Of a stretch of DNA of 64,000 bases, positions 10,373-20,244 are shown in pieces. The notes under the pieces are model-generated. The model was not told where the DNA came from. It saw only the letters and a program-made list of their open reading frames with translations, and did not search any database. The stretch comes from Planctomycetota bacterium (GTDB lineage: Bacteria; Planctomycetota; UBA1135). The position numbers and the translations under genes are program-made. Every line of letters starts with the position of its first letter. Within the stretch, counting starts at the first letter, position 1. The stretch is from NCBI GenBank assembly GCA_008501825.1, contig QQUA01000023.1:397994-461993 (forward strand). Reading direction: 5' to 3'.

Positions 10373-12321
10373 ATTTCGCCAATCCCCTGGCATTCGCGGC
10401 TTTCGCCATTGCCGCCGCTGTAATCGCTCTCTACATCCTTAAGGTCCGGCGCAGGCCGCAAGTCGTACCTTATTTGCAACTTTGGACCAGCTTGGTCGCC
10501 GAAACCCGAGCTCGCTCCTTATTCCAGCGGCTCCGGCGTTTGCTTTCTCTCCTGCTGCAACTTTTGATCCTGGCCGGCTTGGTGTTCGCTTTAAGTCGCC
10601 CGGGATTGGATCTAGCCAATCTTAAAGAAGAAAGCCTGGTGGTGATGCTGGACGTATCGGCATCCATGAATTGCCTGGAATCGAACAGATCGGGCCAGGA
10701 GGCGGATGAGAAGTCGGAAGAGGCGAATCAAACAACGGAAGGAGAGCTGAAACAAAGCCGCTTTGATTTGATGATGGCGGCGGCCAAGAAACTGATTGAC
10801 GGCCGCAGTTTCGAAGATGAAATGATGCTGGTGGCCATTAGCGACCGGGTCGAAGTATTGACTCCCTTTGTCCGCAACAATCTTCAACTTCGCCAAGCCC
10901 TCCAAACCGCGACACCGACCTTTCGCGCCTGCCGACCCGACCAAGCCTTGGCCTTTGCCGAAGAAGTGACCCGCGGTAAAGAACATCCCATCTTCCTAGT
11001 AATTTCCGATGGCGATTCAGGCCGCTGGCAGGAAGTCCTGGACGAGGATCCAAGAGCCCGCTTCATTACGGTTGGCCACGAAACCGAGAATCTCGGCATT
11101 CTGCGATTTAGTAGCCGCAAGAACCGCTCCCTGGGAAGCGATCACATCCTGGCCAAGGTTCAAAATTTTGGCAACCGGCCACAGGCCTTTCAAATGGAGC
11201 TGGCTCTTAACGGAGTCACGCAAAAAGTGCTGGATCGAGAGTTGCCACCTGGAGAATCGCTTACTGAACGCTTCCAGCTCCACCTTCCCGACGGCGGCAC
11301 CCTGCGCTTGCGTTTGAATACGCCTGACGGCTTCGCCGCCGATAACGAAGCCTACGCCATTGTTTATCCAGAGCGTCTGAGGCGCATAGTTCTCGTCACC
11401 CCGAATTCTCCAGAGGCGGAGCCATTCAAGATCGCCTTTTCTTCCATGGCCGAACTATTGGACGAGCGAAGCGCGGTGTTTACGATCCAAGAATATGAAG
11501 CCTTGGAAGCTCCCGATCGGGTAGCCGATGTCACCCTTTGCTTGAATGCATTGCCCAAGGCATTGCCGCAGCAGGGCAATCTAATTTTGATGAATACTCC
11601 ACTACCCGAGGAGTTGCCCGCTACCGAAGCGGATGATATTGGCAAACCGGAAATTTGGGATTGGGACCGAGAACACATTGTAAATCGCTATATGAATTAC
11701 AAGGATCTCCCCATTCCCCGGGCGAAAGGAATCCGTTTGGAAGCGAGTCCCCCTCGGGCCCAAGCTCTGGTGGAAAGTTATGACGGCCCTCTATTGGCCG
11801 CCTTCGAAGAAGACATGCGCAAAATTCTCTACCTGGCGTTTGATCCTACGGCTAGGTTTTTCCCATTCCGCCTGGCGTTTCCGATTTTACTTCGCAACGC
11901 CATCGCCTGGTTCGAGGCCGAGGAAGATCTCATGCTCGAAGCCAGTCACGCCCCAGGAGCCTCGATTCGGCCTTTGGGCAAGGTGCGCGCCCAGGAAGTC
12001 ATGGTTCGCTATTTTCGTGACGGACAAGCCCAAGAAGAACTGCTTCCGGTCCGAGACGGGCAGTTCGTGTTCAGCCAAACCGAAACCCCCGGGGCTTATC
12101 TATTCCAAATTGACGGGCGTGATCACGCCACTTCAGTGAATTTGTTTCATACCCGAGAATCCGACCTGAGGCCGCCGACCGGTCAAGAACAGCAGGAATC
12201 TGATTTCAGGTTTTTGCAAGCCGGCTTCTTCCACCGAGAGCCCTGGATATATTTCGCCGCCTTCGCCTTGCTGCTTTGGGTCTTGGAGTGGCTTCTGTTC
12301 CATCGGAGGATCACGGAATGA
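10369..12321 (+). CDS. BatA-like protein: aerotolerance-regulator N-terminal TM domain + VWA domain
   Basis: The N-terminus MNFANPLAFAAFAIAAAVIALYILKVRRRP is typical of the BatA_N domain. A VWA MIDAS-like motif is present (VVMLDVSASM), along with a C-terminal TM helix (WIYFAAFALLLWVLEWLLF). Confidence 0.8.
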   Translation: MNFANPLAFAAFAIAAAVIALYILKVRRRPQVVPYLQLWTSLVAETRARSLFQRLRRLLSLLLQLLILAGLVFALSRPGLDLANLKEESLVVMLDVSASMNCLESNRSGQEADEKSEEANQTTEGELKQSRFDLMMAAAKKLIDGRSFEDEMMLVAISDRVEVLTPFVRNNLQLRQALQTATPTFRACRPDQALAFAEEVTRGKEHPIFLVISDGDSGRWQEVLDEDPRARFITVGHETENLGILRFSSRKNRSLGSDHILAKVQNFGNRPQAFQMELALNGVTQKVLDRELPPGESLTERFQLHLPDGGTLRLRLNTPDGFAADNEAYAIVYPERLRRIVLVTPNSPEAEPFKIAFSSMAELLDERSAVFTIQEYEALEAPDRVADVTLCLNALPKALPQQGNLILMNTPLPEELPATEADDIGKPEIWDWDREHIVNRYMNYKDLPIPRAKGIRLEASPPRAQALVESYDGPLLAAFEEDMRKILYLAFDPTARFFPFRLAFPILLRNAIAWFEAEEDLMLEASHAPGASIRPLGKVRAQEVMVRYFRDGQAQEELLPVRDGQFVFSQTETPGAYLFQIDGRDHATSVNLFHTRESDLRPPTGQEQQESDFRFLQAGFFHREPWIYFAAFALLLWVLEWLLFHRRITE

Positions 12322-15011
12322 TTCAAATCGAATCTCCCGGAGCTTTTTGGCTGGCTGTACTCCTAGCCCCCCTCCTCTTGTTTGCATGGAGGAAAAGCTA
12401 TGCCGATTTGCCTTCGAGTCGCCGCTGGCTGTCTCTGATTCTAAGGAGTTTGGCGTTTGCCTTGATCCTATTTGGCTTGTCCAAACCCCTCTTCCTGCTC
12501 GAGAACAAGGATCAATCCATCTTGTTCTTGCTGGATGTTTCCGATTCTTCTTCAGACGCAGCCCTGGAAAAGGCATGGCAGTCCTACCAGGATCAAACCA
12601 GTGACCTGAGCAAGGACCAAAAGGCCGCTTTATTGGTTTTCGCCGGACAACCCCGATTACTCCAAACCCTTCAGTCGGCCAAAGCGGACTCGGAAACTGA
12701 AATCGAACATAAGATTTTCCACCGGCGCAGAGAGAAGGAACTCCAGCAGCAAATCCAAGAAATCGAACGCGGTGAACTGACGGAAACCGCGCGACTCGAT
12801 CTGGAAGAAAAACAGCGACTGCTCGCCGAAATACGCGCTTGGCGAGACGATATATCCGTAGCCGAAACCAACGTGGAATCCGCTTTACGTTTGGCGCGCG
12901 GCGTCCTGCCGAATGACACCTTCCGACGCCTTGTATTGTGGAGCGACGGGAATCAAACTCGCGGAGACTTTCTTCAAGAATTGGCATTGCTGAAGAAAGC
13001 CGAGGTTTCCGTTTACGCCCATTTGTTGGCCAAGAAAGATACCCCTGAAGTCTTGGCGGAAAGTTTGCGCCTACCTTCGGAAGTCCAGGTCATGGAACCA
13101 TTCGACTTGGAGTTGAACTTGCAAGCCAATTATAAAACGCCGGCGAAGCTGCGAATCTACCGCAATCGCTTTCTGGTTACGGAAAAGGAAATTCAATTGA
13201 AATCAGGCAAGAACATCCTGGAGGTGCCCAAGCTTCGCCTCGAGGAGGGTTTTCATGAATTTGAAGCCATCGTGGCCGCAGCAGGAGATGAAACCCTTGA
13301 AAACAATATGGTTCGGGCGGCCATCCGGGTATCCGGCCGCCCCAAGGTTTTATTCATTGAAGAGGATCCTTTAGCCGCCCGGTATCTGGAAGAAGCTCTG
13401 GCGGCGGAAGAGATTCACGTCGAGGTCCGGCCCTCAGGAGGAATTCCTGAAGACATGAATGACCTTTTGAATTATGAAGCTCTCATCCTGAGCAATGTGG
13501 CGGCCAATTCTATGCGGCCGGAGCAAATGGGCATGATCAAGCGATACGTCCGCGAAATGGGCGGTGGCTTGGTCATGATCGGAGGAGAAAAAAGTTTTGG
13601 GCTTGGAGGCTATTACCGCACTCCCATTGAAGAAGCTCTGCCGGTTCGGATGCCGATCCGAAAGAATGTAGAGAAACCGAACTTGGGTTTGATTTTGGTA
13701 TTGGACAAGTCCGGCAGTATGGGCGGCCACAAGATTGAACTGGCCAAGGAGGCAGCCATTGCTTCCGCCGAGGTTTTGAAACCGAGAGATTTAATTGGAG
13801 TGGTGGCTTTCGATGGTTTGCCGGAATGGATCGTGCATTTGACCGATGCCACGGAGTTGGATGCCATTACTCAACTGGTCGCTCGCTTGGATGCCGGCGG
13901 CGGAACCAATATATACAACGGGCTCTATGAAGCTTATCAGGCTCTTTTGGAATCCGACGCCAAACTAAAACACATCATCTTGCTGTCCGACGGCATAACC
14001 CAGGGTAGCGGCTACCGGGAGCTGGTTTCCCACATTGCTGCCGATGACATTACCTTGTCCACCGTCGGCATCGGCGAGGGAGTAGATGTCGACCTTCTGC
14101 AAGGCATGGCGGAATGGGCCGGAGGCGAATGCTATCTAACCAATGACTTCCAGAGCATTCCTCAAATTTTTACCCGAGAAACGCTACGTGCCTCTAAATC
14201 TATGATGGTGGAAGAGCCTTTCATTCCTCAACTCGTGCAGGGGGTGGATGCGGTGAAGGGTATTGATTTCAGCGATGCTCCCTTCTTATTGGGTTACGTC
14301 GCAACGTCGCCGAAGGAGACTGCAACGGTTTCCCTGGCTTCTGAATACGGCGACCCAATTTTGGCAACTTGGAGATTCGGGCTGGGACGCTCTGCCGCTT
14401 TCACTTCCGATGCTAAAGCTCAATGGGCCGGAGATTGGATCAGTTGGGAGAATTTTTCCAAGTTCTGGGGCCAGCTCCTCCGATCCGTAATGAGCACCGG
14501 CACTCACCGGGAACTTCGCAGCCGAAGCCGAGTCTCGGTTGACGACGCCACCGTGAACCTTTCATTGGACGTTCGAGGACGCTCCGGTGCCTTCCGTGAT
14601 GATTTTCAGACGGAAATCTCCTTGTTTCAGGGTGATCAAGCGCCCAAACCTTTAACCGTGGTGCATGAAGCACCTGGGTTATTCAAAACCAAGTTCCCCA
14701 TTGAAAATTACGGCGAATTTTACCGGCTCCTGGTCGTTCAATCTCAGGGTGAAGGAGCCAGCAAAGAAATCGTGGACATGAAAACTCTTGCCGTCACCGA
14801 ATCTTATTCTCCCGAGTTTCGCAATCCTTTACCTGACGAAACCGCTCTCCGGACACTGGCTGAAGAAACTCAAGGCAAGTTCCAAGAATCCGCGGCTCCG
14901 TGGGATTTTGATGGCGAACCAGCTAGAACTCCCAAGGAAACCTGGTGGTGGTGGATCTTGGCGGCTGTCTTGCTGCTTCCTTTGGATATCGCTGTTCGCA
15001 GACTCCCCTGA
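12318..15011 (+). CDS. Large BatA_N + double-VWA membrane protein
   Basis: ATG at 12318 overlaps the upstream stop (ATGA). It has a BatA_N-like start (MIQIESPGAFWLAVLLAPLLLFAWRKS) and a degenerate VWA domain (FLLDVSDSSS). A canonical VWA domain is also present (LILVLDKSGSMGGHKIELAKEA...GGGTNIYNGL...IILLSDGITQG), plus a C-terminal TM helix (WWWWILAAVLLLPLDIAV). Confidence 0.8.
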   Translation: MIQIESPGAFWLAVLLAPLLLFAWRKSYADLPSSRRWLSLILRSLAFALILFGLSKPLFLLENKDQSILFLLDVSDSSSDAALEKAWQSYQDQTSDLSKDQKAALLVFAGQPRLLQTLQSAKADSETEIEHKIFHRRREKELQQQIQEIERGELTETARLDLEEKQRLLAEIRAWRDDISVAETNVESALRLARGVLPNDTFRRLVLWSDGNQTRGDFLQELALLKKAEVSVYAHLLAKKDTPEVLAESLRLPSEVQVMEPFDLELNLQANYKTPAKLRIYRNRFLVTEKEIQLKSGKNILEVPKLRLEEGFHEFEAIVAAAGDETLENNMVRAAIRVSGRPKVLFIEEDPLAARYLEEALAAEEIHVEVRPSGGIPEDMNDLLNYEALILSNVAANSMRPEQMGMIKRYVREMGGGLVMIGGEKSFGLGGYYRTPIEEALPVRMPIRKNVEKPNLGLILVLDKSGSMGGHKIELAKEAAIASAEVLKPRDLIGVVAFDGLPEWIVHLTDATELDAITQLVARLDAGGGTNIYNGLYEAYQALLESDAKLKHIILLSDGITQGSGYRELVSHIAADDITLSTVGIGEGVDVDLLQGMAEWAGGECYLTNDFQSIPQIFTRETLRASKSMMVEEPFIPQLVQGVDAVKGIDFSDAPFLLGYVATSPKETATVSLASEYGDPILATWRFGLGRSAAFTSDAKAQWAGDWISWENFSKFWGQLLRSVMSTGTHRELRSRSRVSVDDATVNLSLDVRGRSGAFRDDFQTEISLFQGDQAPKPLTVVHEAPGLFKTKFPIENYGEFYRLLVVQSQGEGASKEIVDMKTLAVTESYSPEFRNPLPDETALRTLAEETQGKFQESAAPWDFDGEPARTPKETWWWWILAAVLLLPLDIAVRRLP

Positions 15012-16146
15012 AATCTGGCCCAGAGTATTGGAGGTTAAGCCGAAAAAATCGGCGTAACCTCGAGCCGATCTAGCCGTCTTCCAGGCGTACCCGCAGTTTT
15101 CTCGGTGCGCCTCATGACCGCTTTTCAGCCCTCTCATTGCCCCTGGCCCCGGTGCCCGAGCCGGCACGACAAAACCAGCCCGCACATCCAACGCCGCGGC
15201 TTTTTCCGGACCCGCCACCAGCCCAAGGTGCAGCGCTTTTTGTGCCTGGTCTGCAAGCGCTCCTTTTCCACCCAGACCTTTCGCCTCGACTATCGTCTGC
15301 GCTATCCCGATCTGCATCTGAAAGTGTTTTGGGAAAACGTCAGCAAGGTCACGCTGCGCCAAAGCGGTCGCAAACTGAAGGTGGATCGAAAGACCATCGC
15401 CCACCGTCTGCACCTGCTTGGCGTCCACGCCGAAGCCTTCCACACCGACAAGCTTCGGCAACCGGCAGGGGCCGGCTTTCATGGGCCTTTCCAATTGGAC
15501 GAACTGGAGACTTTCGAGTCCGATCGGCGTTTACAGCCCTTGACCGTGCCGGTTTTGATCCATCGGCGGAACTACTTCGTGGTCCATCTCGACGCCGGCA
15601 CCTTGCCTTGTCGCGGCAAGCTGACGCCGAAATATCGCCAAAAGAAGCAAGCTCGGGAGAAGTTGTACGGCAAGCGGCGCTCCGAATCCCGCAAGCTGGT
15701 AACCCGCTGCTTCGAGATCCTGCAGCGGGCGCTGCCGCCGGAGGTAGCCCTGGAGTTGCAGTCGGACCGCAAGCAGCTCTACGGCTCGGTCCTGGCCAAA
15801 GTGTTCGAGGGCGAGCGGCCGTATCGCTGGCGGCGGGAGTCGTCGAAGACCCGCCGCGACAACCGCAATTTGCTGTTTCCGATCAACCACACCTTGGCGC
15901 AGATGCGGGATTCGATCTCGCGTCTGGTGCGGCGCAATTGGGGGGTGTCGAAGCAGTGCGCTTGGCTGCGCCGGCACCTTTGGGTGTGGCTGATATGGCG
16001 CAATTACGTGCGGCCGGTGACGGTGAAGCCGAAGGTGCCGACTCCGGCCCAGATCGCCGGAGTCTGCAGCAAGCCGCTAACCGCTGAAGAGGTCTTTACT
16101 TGGAGGATTTTTTAAGCCCCAGACCTCCAATACTCTGGGCCAGATT
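15012..16146 (+). mobile_element. IS1-family-like insertion sequence, 1135 bp, perfect 24-bp terminal inverted repeats
   Basis: Left end AATCTGGCCCAGAGTATTGGAGGT (15012-15035) is the exact reverse complement of 16123-16146 (ACCTCCAATACTCTGGGCCAGATT). A single transposase ORF lies between them. No target-site duplication could be identified by eye. Confidence 0.75.
15114..16115 (+). CDS. IS1-like DDE transposase with N-terminal zinc finger and HTH
   Basis: Zinc-ribbon-like CPWPRCPS...CLVCKRSFS is followed by an HTH-like KVTLRQSGRKLKVDRKTIAHRL. LDELETF and INHTLAQMRDSISRLVRRNWGVSK recall the IS1 InsB DE(M/Q)W and [23 protein letters not shown] regions. ATG at 15114 is preferred over the GTG at 15105. 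Confidence 0.6.
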   Translation: MTAFQPSHCPWPRCPSRHDKTSPHIQRRGFFRTRHQPKVQRFLCLVCKRSFSTQTFRLDYRLRYPDLHLKVFWENVSKVTLRQSGRKLKVDRKTIAHRLHLLGVHAEAFHTDKLRQPAGAGFHGPFQLDELETFESDRRLQPLTVPVLIHRRNYFVVHLDAGTLPCRGKLTPKYRQKKQAREKLYGKRRSESRKLVTRCFEILQRALPPEVALELQSDRKQLYGSVLAKVFEGERPYRWRRESSKTRRDNRNLLFPINHTLAQMRDSISRLVRRNWGVSKQCAWLRRHLWVWLIWRNYVRPVTVKPKVPTPAQIAGVCSKPLTAEEVFTWRIF

Positions 16147-17764
16147 CGGCCAGTTTCATCTGGTGGATCCGTTGGCTGGAATCCCACCCTAACGCCTCCC
16201 CCGCCAAATCCGCCGCCTCCCTAAGGAAGCTCTCTTCTAAGGGAGCTAAAATGGAAACGGGAATTCTTCGCCGAATTAAGTCCACTAAATTGACAACCAT
16301 CTCTTCCTTCGCGCAGTACAAGAACTCAGCCTTGACGAAGGGAAGGTCCGGATGAAAACGTGCTCCTAAAGCGGGACGCCTCTGAATGAGTTTCCAAATA
16401 CCATCCACTCGTTTCCCATATCGGCGCACACAATTTTCAATTACGATTGAATCCAAGCCCAAGCCACGACCAATTTTTTGCTGGGCAGCCTGCCACGGCT
16501 CGAACCCATCCTCCGGAGTCCATGGAAAAGCTTGCCGATGCGTTTGTGAATTGCCAACGGCTCGGCCTTCCGCATTGGCGATGGCATCCACCATTTCCGC
16601 GGCTTCCACTCTGGCAGAAGTAAATTTCCCTCCGATCGGTAACCACAACCCCGGCTCGATTTGTTGCAAGGTCCACTCGCGACTGATTTCGGAGGGAGCC
16701 AATCCTTCTTGGTTTTGAAGGGTCCGCAGGCCGGCAAAACTACCCAGAACATCACTTCGACCCCAGGGCTGGTCCTCAAGAAAGGAATTGGCCGCCTTCA
16801 ACAAATAATCGACATCCTCCTCCTGGACTTGAAGGTGGTCAGGGTCGCCGGACCAAGCCGTATCGGTAGTTCCGACCAAGGTGCGCCCATACCAGGGAAT
16901 GAAAAAGAAAACCCGCCCATCCTTGGGAGCGGTCAACAGATGAGCTTCCTCCCCGCCTAAAGCCGGCATCACGAGATGGATGCCCTTTGTAAACCGAGTT
17001 CGGGCTTTGGTAGGGACGGCCCCGCCCGGGAGCTGCCTTTGTAGAAAAGCCTCGGCATAAGCTCCGGTCGTCAACAGAATCTGTCGGGCTCGGACTTCGG
17101 CTTTCTGACCGCTGATTTGATCTTGGACCAAAGCTCCTTCCACCACTCCGTTTCCGCGCCCCCGGAGAAGAGAAAGACCCTCAACATAAGAAACAGCCAC
17201 GGCACCGGCTTGGATCGCGCCGGCAACGATTTCCAAACAAAAGCGAGCGTCGTCAGTTCCGCAATCGCCGTAGCGAAAGCCTCCCAACAAAGCTTCGGAT
17301 CTCAGAAAAGGACTTTGTTTCAAAATCCGTTTCTTGGACCAATACGCGTGCGAGGCCACGGGTTGCCCCCGACCGGCAAGCAGGTCGTAAAGCAATAATC
17401 CCGCTTTCAACGGCCACCGTTTGAGTCTTCCGCCCCGATAAATCGGCAAAAGAAAATCCAAAGGCCAGCTCCGATGGGGAGCCAAGTCGGCGAGCAGCTT
17501 GCGCTCCTTCAAAGTTTTGCGCACCAGCCCGAACTCGTAGTTCTCCAAATAACGCAACCCTCCGTGGATCAACTTGGAGGAGGCTGAGGAGGTCCCGGAA
17601 GCCCAGTCGCCTTTTTCGATCAAGGCCACCTTGAGGCCTCGAGACGCAGCGTCCCGGGCGACCCAAGTTCCATAAATGCCTCCACCAAGGATGAGCAGAT
17701 CGAAAGTGGATTCGGCCAGATCTTGGAAGCTTCGCAGCAAGGGTCTGCTCGAGTGGATGAACAC
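16112..17764 (-). CDS. glpD: FAD-dependent glycerol-3-phosphate dehydrogenase
   Basis: N-terminus DLLILGGGIYGTWVARDAASRGLKVALIEKGDWASGTSSASSKLIHGGLRYLENYEFGLV closely follows the GlpD consensus (…ATSSASSKLIHGGLRYLE…). The last ~10 codons (SGPEYWRSGA*) are encoded by the IS right inverted repeat. Confidence 0.9.
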   Translation of the reverse strand: MFIHSSRPLLRSFQDLAESTFDLLILGGGIYGTWVARDAASRGLKVALIEKGDWASGTSSASSKLIHGGLRYLENYEFGLVRKTLKERKLLADLAPHRSWPLDFLLPIYRGGRLKRWPLKAGLLLYDLLAGRGQPVASHAYWSKKRILKQSPFLRSEALLGGFRYGDCGTDDARFCLEIVAGAIQAGAVAVSYVEGLSLLRGRGNGVVEGALVQDQISGQKAEVRARQILLTTGAYAEAFLQRQLPGGAVPTKARTRFTKGIHLVMPALGGEEAHLLTAPKDGRVFFFIPWYGRTLVGTTDTAWSGDPDHLQVQEEDVDYLLKAANSFLEDQPWGRSDVLGSFAGLRTLQNQEGLAPSEISREWTLQQIEPGLWLPIGGKFTSARVEAAEMVDAIANAEGRAVGNSQTHRQAFPWTPEDGFEPWQAAQQKIGRGLGLDSIVIENCVRRYGKRVDGIWKLIQRRPALGARFHPDLPFVKAEFLYCAKEEMVVNLVDLIRRRIPVSILAPLEESFLREAADLAGEALGWDSSQRIHQMKLAESGPEYWRSGA

Positions 17765-17790
17765 CGTTACTCTATCGACCCCGACCCGCC

Positions 17791-18087
17791 TTGGCTGCCC
17801 TGGCCTTCATGGAAGCGTTCCTCTTCGCCCTAATTTTGGTTCTGAATCTCCTCAGTTTCTTTGCGTTCGGCATAGACAAGCACTTGGCGCGCCGAGAGAA
17901 ACAAAGAATTCCAGAAGCCCGCCTCCTTCTCATGGCTTGGCTCGGAGGATTCCTGGGAGCCTGGCTGGGCATCCGAGCATTCCGCCACAAGACCCGCAAA
18001 CAGCCATTCCGGCGCAATCTGGTCCTCGTCTCCCTGTTCAGCCCGGCTTGGCTTCTGCTCTATCTGGAGATAAGGAGCTGGCTATAG
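17791..18087 (+). CDS. DUF1294 small membrane protein
   Basis: FGIDKHLARREKQRIPEARLLLMAWLGGFLGAWLGIRAFRHKTRKQPF matches the DUF1294 core pattern (GxDKxxAxxxxxRIPExxLxxxxxxGGxxGxxxxxxxFRHKTxK). The start could instead be the ATG at 17809. Confidence 0.8.
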   Translation: MAALAFMEAFLFALILVLNLLSFFAFGIDKHLARREKQRIPEARLLLMAWLGGFLGAWLGIRAFRHKTRKQPFRRNLVLVSLFSPAWLLLYLEIRSWL

Positions 18088-18547
18088 GACAGGGGTATTG
18101 ACCTGTTCAACGGACGGCCAACCTGGACCTCCTCGACAAGAAAACAGGCCTTAGAAGCTGTTATTTAGGGGTCGATCTATTTCAGAATTCCTAGATTTTC
18201 GCTATGATTTTCGATTTTTTTCCGTACTCCTTGGGTTGAGAAGGGACTTCATCCGCCCTGAGGATGAAAGCATAAGTCATTTAATAATAAAGCCTTAAGA
18301 AAATATTCCCGGTCGGGTTCCGCCGTGTTCCGGGTTTTTTCCGGCTGGAAGCCAAGAAAAGCCGGCTCGTAGTAATTTGCAAAAAGTAGACTTCAGCACA
18401 CAATGGCAGTGAAGCTTAACTGCTTTGCTGGTCGTCGAAGCCCGGTTCACCGCCTTTCAGGCAAACCTCAAGCTCCGGCGCGAAGCAGTCGAAAGCTTGT
18501 TGTTGAGCCACAACTAATAATTCCCCAAACCCGTTAGACACACGAAC

Positions 18548-19660
18548 ATGTCTCGGACCCTTCTCGCTGCAGCGGCCATTCTTGCCCTTTCCGCCACCGC
18601 GGTTGCCCAAACCCAGGTCCCGGTTAGCAAGGCCGTCACTCCTAAGCACGCTGGCGTCTACAAGATGGCCACCGGTGAGCTCGTTCCCGCCACTCCTGGC
18701 GAGCGTAGCGGCCCCATCGTCATCTTTAACGCCTCCGAGTTAACCAACTACTACAGCGTGCCTGGTCTCGACCAGGAGTGGCTGGATGAAGGTTCCCTGC
18801 TGGACCGCAACCCCGGCAACGTTGAGCAAATGAACGGCATGGAGTTCGTTTACTGCTCGACCGAAGCCGACGCGACCCAGAACAGTGGTACCGTCACCTT
18901 CGCCTTCTACGATGACACCATCGTCTGCTCCGGACCCTCCAATGGCGGTAACTTCGCCTTGGGTGGCTACCTCTGCGCCTACGACATCGTCGGCCTGCCT
19001 CTCGGTGACGCCAACGGCGCCATCCAGTGCTGGATCGTCACTGTCGACCTGATGTGCGGATTTGAATGCCCGCCCGACCTGAGCTTCGATTGGGCCACGG
19101 ACAACGCCAACACCAAGCTGTTCGGCTGGTCCTTCATTCCTCGTAACGACAACACCGGCCCCTGGTTGACCAAGGGCGGTACCCAAGCCTCCGGCATCGA
19201 CAACAGCTTCGTCTGGTTTGACCAGTTCGGCGCCTTGGTCGGCTGCTTCTGGTTCGGTGGTACCCCGTTCGCCAACTTCGCCATGAAGATGTGGGGTAAC
19301 GACGCTGGTGTCCGTCACTACAACGCCTCCGCCCCCGGTGCTGCTGATGACTACTGCATGAGCATGCTCGACGCTGGCGCTGGCAACTACACCTTCGACA
19401 TCGCTGACGCCGCCGGCACCTCCGTGGGTGGCTGGTTGGTCGCCTCCTTGGGCGCTGGTGAACTCTCCGTGGCTGGCGGCACCTTGTTGGTCGCTCTGCC
19501 GGTCCTGCCCCCGACGCCCGTCCCGGTCGCCGCTGGTGGTAGCACCTACGCCGTCCCGGCTGGTACCTTCTACTTGCAAGGCGTCGGCACCGCCAACGGT
19601 GCTCCGCCCAGCCCGGCTAACTTGCCGAACCACTGGTCCAACGGCATCCAGAAGAACTGA
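18548..19660 (+). CDS. Secreted Cys-rich protein, unknown family (paralogue A, 370 aa)
   Basis: Signal peptide MSRTLLAAAAILALSATAVA|QTQ. The mature chain has 8 Cys. No known catalytic motif was seen. An intrinsic terminator follows. It is nearly identical to 20245..21357. Confidence 0.75.
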   Translation: MSRTLLAAAAILALSATAVAQTQVPVSKAVTPKHAGVYKMATGELVPATPGERSGPIVIFNASELTNYYSVPGLDQEWLDEGSLLDRNPGNVEQMNGMEFVYCSTEADATQNSGTVTFAFYDDTIVCSGPSNGGNFALGGYLCAYDIVGLPLGDANGAIQCWIVTVDLMCGFECPPDLSFDWATDNANTKLFGWSFIPRNDNTGPWLTKGGTQASGIDNSFVWFDQFGALVGCFWFGGTPFANFAMKMWGNDAGVRHYNASAPGAADDYCMSMLDAGAGNYTFDIADAAGTSVGGWLVASLGAGELSVAGGTLLVALPVLPPTPVPVAAGGSTYAVPAGTFYLQGVGTANGAPPSPANLPNHWSNGIQKN

Positions 19661-19723
19661 TCTCGGTTAGTTCCTCCGGGAGCTCGCTCCCGACTCGACA
19701 CCCCACCCTCTCGGTGGGGTGTC
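18635..19723 (+). repeat. Tandem duplication unit, copy 1 (offset 1697 bp to copy 2)
   Basis: From GTCACTCCTAAGCACGCTGGC through the stop codon and terminator stem, the sequence aligns colinearly with 20332-21420. By eye there is a single difference between 18746 and 19327. Confidence 0.85.
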
Positions 19724-19731
19724 TTTCTTTT
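19697..19731 (+). terminator. Rho-independent terminator
   Basis: 11-bp perfect stem GACACCCCACC / GGTGGGGTGTC (19697-19707 / 19713-19723), 5-nt loop, followed by TTTCTTTT. Confidence 0.8.
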
Positions 19732-20244
19732 CCCTCCGGCCAAGCTCGGATCCGGCTTGAAATAGCCCCATCCACCGGCTCTCGCCACCAATCGCTTTCA
19801 CATTTCCAAACTCCTACTAATTAAAGACTTTTCAGCGATCTTGAAGGTACCAATTATGGCTCAATTAGAAGGATGTCGGAAAACGAGCCCGACACTCAAA
19901 TCTTGAACTCGGAACATCGTTAAGTAGCCACTCGAACAAAGCCCGCTTCAGGGGGTTCCGCATAAACACCTTGAAAATATAGATTTATTGAAGACCGACA
20001 TTAATTCTTCCACTCCAAGGCTCCTTTTTCCACAATCCAGAATCTCAAAAATTTTCGGTCCCCCCAGGAAAACGCAGTTTTTTTGAAAAATGTTGGAAAA
20101 ACCCCTTGCCGAATCTCAGAAAATTTTCCAGAGTCGTACCAGTGCTGGTCTTGTTCCTTCCCCTTCGGAGACCCTCCGAACATTAAGCACACCGACGAGA
20201 CCGCACTTAGTTCCACCCCATCTTTTCCCCAAAAATAGGTACAC

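Noticed and set aside
12133-12987. 284-aa minus-strand ORF across the junction of the two VWA genes
   Set aside because: It is antisense to BatA_N/VWA coding sequence, and no supporting motif or context was found.
15137-16087. Second 316-aa open frame inside the IS element (R/P/A/G-rich)
   Set aside because: It is an alternative frame of the transposase gene in very GC-rich DNA. It has a low-complexity composition and no motifs. The other frame shows the zinc-finger, HTH and IS1-like blocks.
15004-16154. Target-site duplication flanking the IS element
   Set aside because: The flanks (…CCCCTGA | and | CGGCCAGT…) share no direct repeat of 2-9 bp at any plausible boundary, so none is reported.
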